Part shown: positions 41,970 to 51,700 of the stretch, piece by piece
How the letters are laid out: the number at the start of each line of letters is the position of its first letter
How positions within the stretch are numbered: position 1 is the first letter of the stretch
Assembly (NCBI GenBank): GCA_051294375.1
Contig: CM119266.1
Span: 15,403,859 to 15,467,858, forward strand
Direction of reading: 5' to 3'
From: Paraspadella gotoi
Taxonomy: Eukaryota; Animalia; Chaetognatha
Length of the DNA: 64,000 bases
The notes under the pieces: model-generated
Database searches by the model: none
What the model was told of the DNA's origin: nothing
The model's input: only the letters and a program-made list of their open reading frames with translations
Program-made: the position numbers and the translations under genes

Positions 41970-43855
41970 TCACATTCGGTAAGTGACGTCTTCCTCGTGA
42001 GTGTCGATGCGCATCACGCTCTCGGACGGCTCCGTGTCCGGAGGCCGCTTCCACGCCTCCCTTGTAGTGACGAAGACGACGACGACGGCGAAGACGACGA
42101 GGACGATGCCGAAGAAGTTCACAATGTAGGCTGCGGGAGGCAATAGATGAGCGTGGTTTTCTCTGTCTCTCTCTCTTTGTCTCTCTCTCTCTATCCCATA
42201 GCTCTTTTGTTCTATTTTTCTCTTGCAGTTTTCCTGATTTACCTTCAGGTGGCCTCTTTGAGTAGGAACTGCCGAGACTGAACATCCCCTTTTCTAGGAT
42301 GCCAGTGAGCGCGGTCCCGATGCCGAGAGTGAAAATAGTCACACCGAAATATGTGTGAAGTGACAAGTAGGAACTTCGCAGCCATTCAGAGCGCCCTGTT
42401 AAATAAGGGTCGGATCGATACTTTTAGTTTAATAGTCTTCATGAGTAATACAAATATTTTATAAATTTACCATGACATCAAAACTTAATAGTGTCCGACC
42501 TGGAAGCAAAAAGATAAAAAACCCGCAGAGAAGTTGAAGGGAAAATAGAGCGACAGTCAAGATGCCCAGCCAAGAGTGCAGGCTGAAATAGTGACAAAAA
42601 ATATTCATGTGTTTTAACATTATAAAAAGTAACATTGTTCCGTAAAACATGAAGTTTCAATTATGTATAGTTGTATACGTGAAAATACCAAGCAAGAGCA
42701 GCCCAAAACAACGTCAGGAGTGAGGCGACTTACGATCGGTCTCCTGGCATTCCTCTCTAAACCTTCCTCTCTCCTTTTCCTTCGCGCCGGTCAATCTAGG
42801 GCAAGGTGACCGTTGGGATTGACCGGCGCGAAGGAAAAGAAGAGAGGAAGAGAGGGTTACGATCTTCAGTCGCCTCGTTCAACAAGTTTTGCCAAGTGTC
42901 TTTAACCATATATGTTAGGTTATGTTATAACATTGTTTTACCTATACAAGTTTGGAATGGGTGTTGCTGGAAGGTTGTGTGAATCGAAAACGGCCTAGGA
43001 ATCAAATGTATATTATATAAGTTATTCTGTTTCCTAAGTTTATTATTATTATTTTTATTGATTTAGAACACCTTGAGGGAAACGCCGACCAAAATAATGA
43101 CCAGTGCCTGTATCGCCGCATGGATGACTTTTACAGCAAACTTGGGCAAAAAGAAGAGAGCCCGGTAGACGATCATGGCTGTAATTGAGGAAAAAACTTG
43201 CACTGAACGCGGTATAAACTAGTAAGACGAATTTGAATTTTAAGCTGAGGCTACTTTTCTGGAAATCTCTTAAATGGCAAATTGTGAATTCATCGTTAAT
43301 TTTCCTACGCTCGGTGAGATGAAAGAGCTATCCTCCTTGGCATCCTATGTCCTGCTTTGCCCTACCTCCCACCTTGAGCAAAGAGGTAAATGAATCCCAC
43401 TGTCATGAGTATCGGGTGCCAGTTGAACTCGTGCTTGAGATCCTCAGTCCACGCCACGCCACCGCGGTAATCGATGAACCATATGAAGCAAAGCGCTATT
43501 ACCCCGGCCCCGAGGAGCTGTGGTCGGGGATGGCGAGAGGATTTTGAGAATTCTTGCGGATTTTACGATACGAGATTTGAAAAGGATATTGATATTTAAA
43601 CATTTAAATAACAACCACAGTGTTTTAGTGAGAAAAATTGAATTTGATAAATGAACATCGTACAACCAAAATTTACATTAGATTAAAACGTAAAACAAAA
43701 CAAGATTCTCAATCCTAACAGCACAAACAAAGGATTTGAAGCTGAAATTAATTCATTTTATTTTATTGTACTTTTATTTAACTTACCTGGATAAGAAGGA
43801 GGAATCCTCCGAATGTGAGCCATTCAAGCAATGACCAATTCGTTTTAGGATTCAT
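41970..43855 (-). CDS. Cytochrome b561 family transmembrane reductase
   Basis: Approximate exons 43787-43855, 43373-43517, 43072-43178, 42942-42994, 42500-42582, 42244-42395, 41970-42130. Motifs FNWHPILM, KVIHA, AVFDSHN..IPNLYSLHSWLG, SLHTYFG, ALTGILEK, WKRPP; four conserved heme-ligating His. Confidence 0.92.
42722..42876. repeat. Intronic foldback / MITE-like inverted repeat
   Basis: 42763-42796 pairs with 42817-42850 (33/34 bp, 20-nt loop); outer GAGGCGACT (42722) / AGTCGCCTC (42868-42876). Confidence 0.85.
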
Positions 43856-44657
43856 TTTTTTGCTCGTTCAATGCTCTCGCAGTTCTGAGTTCTAAAAGAA
43901 AAATATTTAATTTTATTTTAGAAAAAAACTTTCGAAACTGAAAAACTCGCTTCACGATAACTGAAAAAGTGAATCATTAAAAACATCGACGTCTGAAATC
44001 GAAGCCAATTTCTCTCGTTATTTTGTTGACATAAATCCGCCCTTTCTTGATAACCAGGTTTTAAATTGGAGGTCGAACTAATCAAATAATCATTAAATCA
44101 CATATCAGTGAGAGAGAAAGAACTCAAAATGTAACTAACCATGTAAATAATCAGATTCCTATTCTGATTCTTTTTTGCTATGACCTGTCTTTGGGATGAA
44201 GTTCAAAGTAATACAATTTCAGTGATAACATTTTAATCAGTTCATGAAGAAAAAAGAAATTGTAGAAAACTTTAAATGAGACAAATTAAAAAAAATTTCT
44301 CATTTATTTTTTATTCATGCTTATTTTTTGCTAGCTATTTGGGCTAACAAAAATAGTGGTGCTCAGTTAAATTGTGAAGTGAGAAGATTGGCAGTAACGT
44401 TTCAACTTTTTATGACGAAAATAAAAATTTTATATCAAAGCTGAAGAATGAAGATTCATAGTGGTATCAGAGATAAGCAAGCAGTTAAAGCGATCAAAAC
44501 TGTAAATTATAAAGAAGACTGGTGAATATATATAACATTTTAGGTTAACGATTGGACCTTTTGTCTTCAACTAACGTTTTTATAACTGCATTGTTTAACG
44601 ACGTCATTTTTAACAATCCTCGATGCAAATTCCTTTTGCAAGAAATCGAGCCTCTCC

Positions 44658-46261
44658 CTATCCACATGACGTTATTTCATTCCAGCCCTGTTTTTCCTCC
44701 TCTTCCACCATCCCTTCCCCCAACTTCTCCCCCTTGAATGACCCCAGAATCTCCACCGGAAGAGGAAAGACGATGGTTGAATTCTTTCTGGACGAAATCT
44801 GCGAGAGAGTCTGCAAGTAGCGAAGCTGCAACGCCGCCGCATTGGCGTCAATGACTTCGGCGGCCTGCTGAAGGGCGCGGGAGGCGCGCTGTTCGCCCTC
44901 GGCCGCAATGACCTTGGCTCGAGCCTCGCGCGCCGCCTCCGCCTCCGCCGCCATGGCACGCTGCAGCTGCGCCGGAAGCCTCACGTCCTTGACCTCCACC
45001 CGTTCCACCTGCCATGGGAAAGAATCGAGCACATTCGTCGCAAATGAATAACTTTTAAAAATACGGCATTTTCTTTTCATTTTTTGAAAAATTTCTTAGA
45101 AGATTAAATTATTGCACCACATAATTGCTCCTGCCGAAAGATATTACGTAGAATTATTCCGATTTTAATTCTGTTAATAAAGATATAAGCGGATCACTAA
45201 TTTTGTACCTTGACTCCCCAAGGGTCTGTCGCCAGGTCGAGACTCTCTTGCATGTTATGCGAAATGGTGTCGCGGTCCGACAGAACTTCCTCCAGCTTCT
45301 TGGTGCCCAGGACGGTTCTTGCACACGGAATATTTAATTTTATAAATTATTAGTATTGCTTTATCATCCGTGGTATCAACAAGAAAACTTACCTCAGCGT
45401 GGTAGCTGCCAATAGCCTCGTGGACCGAGGTGCGTCCACGACGTTGGTGACGCTCATCGTCGGGTTGAAGATACTCCAGTAGACGACGGCGTCGACGGCG
45501 ACCGTCACCGAGTCTTTCGTCAAAATCTCTTGCTGCGGAACGTCGAAAGTCACCTGGAGACGACAAGACGGTTAAAGTGTCGGGATGAACGAGGATGAGT
45601 AAAGTAATGATTATTTTGATGGTCCATCGAGTCCAATTAAAAATAATCAACTGACAAACAACACACCGTTCTGAGATCGACGCTGATAAAGTCGTCGACG
45701 CAAGGAAGAACAAAGAAGATTCCGGGTCCCTTGGCACGACCGCCTTTGAGTCGACCCAGTCTGCCAAAAATAAATCTGAACAGTGAACAAACTGAACATA
45801 GCTTTTCTATTCACGACTACAAGCGATCTTTAGTAGACCCTCATCGCCCTCACCCGTTGGCATGTAAGGTAGCGGGATCGCCAGATTTCTTTACTTCTAC
45901 AATCTACACCCTCCAAAGCCCTACCATTCCCCATTCCGAATCAAACCTTCCCTCTCTCCGAACCCCTCTCTTCATCCCTGCGGTCTCGCCCCCAAAAAAA
46001 CCTGAAGATGACGGCGCGTTCGTACTCTTGAACGACTTGGAGAGAAAAGCAAAGGGAGAGTGGGAAGAGTGCGACGACGAAGAGGAAGGAAACGATCGTC
46101 AGCGTCCATCCGAAGCACCCGATCTCGGCGCCGAGTCCAGCGTCATTCCCGCCGCTGTGGTCTCCTGACGCAGCGTCATCGGAACAGCCTCGCGCGCGAC
46201 GCTGGTCGGGACTCCATCCGTTCGGGATCATACTCTCCGCCGAAACGGATTTACTCGTCAT
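44658..46261 (-). CDS. Stomatin / band 7 (SPFH) protein, MEC-2-like
   Basis: Approximate exons 46002-46261, 45667-45760, 45393-45553, 45209-45317, 44658-45008. Motifs [107 protein letters not shown]. Confidence 0.95.
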
Positions 46262-46427
46262 GCAGTTTTGGGTTTTATTAGGGAGATTTGGGGGTTTTCG
46301 TTGTTGTATCTAATTAGGTTTTTTAAAAAAAACGAGATTTGTACTGTTCGTTGTCCGGCTTTTTCTTAATTTCTTTTCGATATTGTTGGGAGAGTAACGG
46401 AATTTAAATTGCGCCGTCATGAGCGGA

Positions 46428-46551
<124 letters not shown>

Positions 46552-47240
46552 CTCTTTGTGTTTTTCTTGACATGAAATCGGGGAAAAAATCATCGCCCGG
46601 CAAAGAGAAAGGATGAACGTGGCTTTTAAAGGAAAGGCAAAGGGGAAGGGGGTATAAGGGAGGCGGTCGTTGGTTTTCGAGGAATTAATTAATTAATTTG
46701 CCGAAATCCTAATAAAACAATTAGTTTTAGGAATTTATTAGAAAAGGGTTTCTGTTTGCTATCAATTCGAATTCCTAAATGGTAGCCTGTCCCATGTAAG
46801 AGCCTTTATTCCCCTGCTTCAGATTCCATGCTGGGTCCCGGCGACTTTAAAATCCTTGATTTGATTGATCGATCAATCTCGATACTGCGACTTTTTATTT
46901 AAGTTGCTGCGGTGTTGCGTATTAGTAGTTGACTTAATTTTATTTTTCGCTTGGCTACGTATTTACATTCTAAATTAATGCTGTTTAACCCAAAAAATTT
47001 TTTTTTTACATTTTATTCTTACAGTACAAGAATTGACGAATTTACATACGCGAACAAAGGACGACAAAATTTGAACGGTTGGCTCTTTGAACATTCTACA
47101 TCTAGCATATTGAAAACGTGTAATGAAAATTGAAAACTAGACGAAGACACATGAATAATGTTATTAATAATAATATGGTCGCGGCGCCGATGCGAATGAC
47201 TTTAGTGGCCTAGGATGATGTTGCGGCGACGCAGTAATAT

Positions 47241-47950
47241 TCAGTTGAAATAAAAATTATACTTGACGAGAACGAAGACGAAAAAATAGAATTGCAGAAA
47301 AGAGACTGGGGACGACAGCGTCAAACTATGGGCAGAAGAAGATTCGTCCGTTTCGTCGTCATCATCGTCTAGTCTTTTGTTCGGAATGATTCGGTCTCTC
47401 CCTTCGCACTTAGTCCACTGCGAGGACACCTGGTGACGGAATCCGGAAGTTTTTTAAAGTTTTTTTTTATTGAAAACGATTTTAAATATATTATAAATCT
47501 TAATATGTATAAATCAAAGAAAACAAAATTTTTACAATAATCTCTAGATAAAGTTATAAACTGGCTTCACCGTCAAAGGACCATCGATGACTTCTTTAAG
47601 CTGATTGCTGTAAACCCAGTAGTAACGTCCTTGGATAAAATATATGTTGTCGTCCGTCCCTGAGATGAATGAAAGTAATTTGTTTCAAGAAATGAACGAA
47701 AGAAATTTCTGTAGTACTCACCCTGTAGTACCGCGTCGAGCGGAAACGCCGGCACGCCTCTCCACTCCGCGACCGATTTGGGATAACCGTAGAACATTTT
47801 CCCGCGCACCTCGTCGAACTTCCAGTAGCTTTTTTCTGCCAAAGTCATTTAAAAAATTCGACAGAATAAAATTTTGAATTATGAAATATTGAATATACTG
47901 TTTTCTATACATTGTATGTAAAACATACTAAATATTATTATTATTCCCCC

Positions 47951-47998
<48 letters not shown>

Positions 47999-48670
47999 TC
48001 TCTTCTCTCTCTCTCTCTGCTCTCTCTCTCCTCTCTCTCTCTCAGCCACTTTTTCCGATGCAGATGACACACATGAAATTAGCATCATTAAAATCCTCCT
48101 TTTTTTTGACAAAAGTCACTTTTCTGAACTCATTAGTACAACAAAATTAAAACGACCGTGTTACTTTAACATCATTATCGATTGCACCCCAAAAAAAGTA
48201 TTAACTGTATATATTTTTGCGTAGAAAGCCAGTAAGATCCCCACTGGAGGCTCAAATTCAAGCGCGGTATGATTTCGAACTTACTTCGCGCCTCCGCGTG
48301 GGACTGGGATTAACCCAGTTCACAAGTAAACTACTAAGTCGATGATGAAGGTCACCTACCTCCTGAACGTAAAACCGTGAGGAGAAGTGAAATCTGAGGC
48401 ATTGACCCAAGTTGTTTTTCGTGTATTACCGAAATTTATTAAAGGCCTTTTAAGGCCTAATAAATTGTGTCTATGCCTTGACTGCCGTTGAAACTTCTGT
48501 TTTTTTTTTTCTCATCTGGGTCCTTCTCAGTTAACATTTAATTATGAAGGTCCCTCACTTTCTCCAAAGTTTATGACGAAACTAGACATCCTTCAGAGAC
48601 AGTTTTTTTTTCAGGTTTCTTGAGGCCTTGCTAAAATCAAATGTTATAAAAAAGTGGAACCAAAATAGCT

Positions 48671-48742
<72 letters not shown>

Positions 48743-51700
48743 TCTCTCTCTCACGGTCAAAGAAGTAGGTGTGTGTCTTGAACTGCCACACGAAGGCCGC
48801 GTCGATTTTCTCGAGTTGCGGTGGGAGGCCGAGGACGGTGAGACGGAGAGGCCCGCGGACGAGGGCCACGCCATCGAACTCGTAGAAATACTGACCTGGA
48901 GATATGGCATTGTTATAAGAACATAAAAATAAACAAACCAACAAACTTGACACGTGAATTATTTAACTAAGCCAATAAATCTCCCTCTTACTAAAGAATT
49001 ATCATAGTAAGGCGAATATATTGTAATAAAACTAAAATAGAAAGAGCGTAAATACTGAAATATACCCTTGAAGAACATGAGATTTCCGTTAGGCTTTTCG
49101 TAAACGGCGTCCACGGACTCCTCCGGGTACTGCGTCCAAAACGTCGCCAGTTTGAACGGACCATAAGTCATCGTCTCTTTTTGAACTCTCCAAAAGTATT
49201 TTCCTGTGAATATTAACGCGAATGGCGATGTTCCATTTGAATTTTTTTTATTAAAACATTAACTTACCCTTGAAAAAGAAGACTTCCCAAAACCTGACGA
49301 CGGAGGCGGCGTCGAAATTCGTGTCGCAGGTTTCAGGGACGTCGTCGTCCGGTGGCGTTGGTGTCGTCCATGTCGTTGGCGTCGTCTTTCTCGTCGTCGT
49401 TTTGGTGTGTCGTTGATCGAAGATTGAGTTGCCGTCTTCCGTATCACCTGAATTGGAAAAAGAACTTGTCGATTCCTGACCATAGAACAACAGTTGTCGA
49501 CGGTTTCCACTCACCATATCGTTTTTGTATCCCGTTAATATCGTCCGAATCTAATTTAAGATCTTCCTTGTAGCCCTAAATGTTGTTTTTGGAAAACCAG
49601 TAGAAATAATTTTTTTTAAAATTCAATATAATTTTAAATATTTTGTAGGATGCCAATTTTATTTATGTACCTTGTAATACGGCGTCATTATTGCTTCGGC
49701 AACAGGGGAATGACCAAGACCGAGAGAATGACCGATTTCGTGAACGGCGACGGTGAAGAATTCGTAACCTGAGAAATAAAATATATAGTATACGTATTTA
49801 AAATATTTACAATAATATGCCTTTAAGTCGTTCGACTTACGAGTAAAATATTTTTTGTGCGACGAAAATAAAGAAAATAAGACGACGAACGCCGAAATAA
49901 CATCCATTTTATGGCTCGACTTTTTTTTATTTCGAGCTGCTCTTTTATAATTTTATAATATTCCGCGCCCCTTGCTTTTATTTGATTTACGTGACCATCA
50001 ATTCTACGGACGAAACGACGAAGTAGAAACAAAAAAAAATTATCTTTTTTTTATTTCATCCTTTTATTTCTCTGGAAATCCCGGTGATCGAACTTTATGA
50101 AGGAAAAAGGAGGAAAAGAAAATCGGAGGAAAGGAAAAGAGGAAGAGGAGGAAAGAGAAGAAAAGAAGAGGAGGAGGAAAAGAAGAAAATAAGGTGTAGC
50201 TATCGTCTAGGGTCCAAAAAGTCGAAGGAAGCGTTCAAATTAAATGAATAGTTTTAATACTTTGTCCAGTGGCCATTATCACGAATAGTGAAAAACTATT
50301 TCAAATTTAGAATCTTTGAATTTGACAGTTGTCTTAAAAAACGTCAAGGAAACGAACCATAAATCTTTGACAATCTTTGAAACAATTTTCATCTTCGACA
50401 CAAATGATTTAGATTGACTAGCACTTTCCACGTTTTCTTTCCTGTCGCGTCACGCTTTTTGGCGCGCAAAGACTCACAGTCTCACACTCACTCGCGAAAC
50501 GCGGGAGTAAATAAGAATCACATGTGATGAATTCGCGATTTAGGGGTCATCCGGCCAAACGCTCGACGGTGCGACTGAAAGTTAGACGTTGCCCTTGGCA
50601 ATTTTGTATAAAGTTAGAATTAGACTTATTTAAAAGACTTATTTAAAAGACTTATTTAAAAGACTTATTTAAAAGATTTATACAATAATATAAAAAATCA
50701 AGAATATCACATGCATTATATTAGAACCTATCTTTGTGGTTTGCCACGAGGAAAATTATTAATTCTATACAATGAGAGTAGAAATTTGAATGATCATGAA
50801 TACAGAAATTTGCGAGATGGCATTATAATGATATCAGATATACGATTATTTAAACCAGTTTTAACGGAAAAAATTAGAGGGGGAGAATATTACCACATTA
50901 ACTTTATAGATAAAGGCTTAGACTATATTAATCTTGGTGGAATTTTAAATAGTAAAACCATACAAAACAAAATACCAGTGTATTTTGATTGCAGGGAACC
51001 CCCAATGGTGGGATATGGATATGGTGGGAGCATAGCTGGTTTAATGTTTAATTATAGAAGATGCTTGAAAAATGAGGATGTTAATAATATTGATATGGAT
51101 TTGATGGTCTGTGATTGCGAAAATTCTACATTTAAAGATCCATATCATTATCATATTATCACAGGTAATTTGAATATAATAGAAAATGAAAATTTAAAGA
51201 AAATTTTGAAAAAAGGGCCAAAATGTAGACTGCCTGGAAAGGTGGGTTGGATAAAGGGTATGGATAATATGGCAGACTTCATAGATGTATATGCTGGGGA
51301 TTGGATAGGGAGAGAAAATCAGGCCAATAAAGACACAAAAATAAATATCAATGTTTTAAATGTATGGAAGAAGGAGGTTTTAAATTTAGTTAAAAAACGG
51401 ATAGAATATTGCAAAAATAAAGTTAAAAATACTTTCCCATTAAATGTTGCGGGATCTTTAAAAACTGAACTAAATAGATTACAAGATAAATTTATAATAA
51501 CACCAGCAGACAGGGCTCAAGGCAATATTATTTTTACATGTAAAAAATTCTATTACAAAAGATTAAAAGAAGAATTAATAGACTCACAATCATATAACTT
51601 CACTAATGAAACCGCTGAAAGTATCAATAAAAGAATAGCTAAATTTGGTGAAGATTATGGAATTAAAGTAAAAGACGAAATGAAAGAAATTCCTATTATT

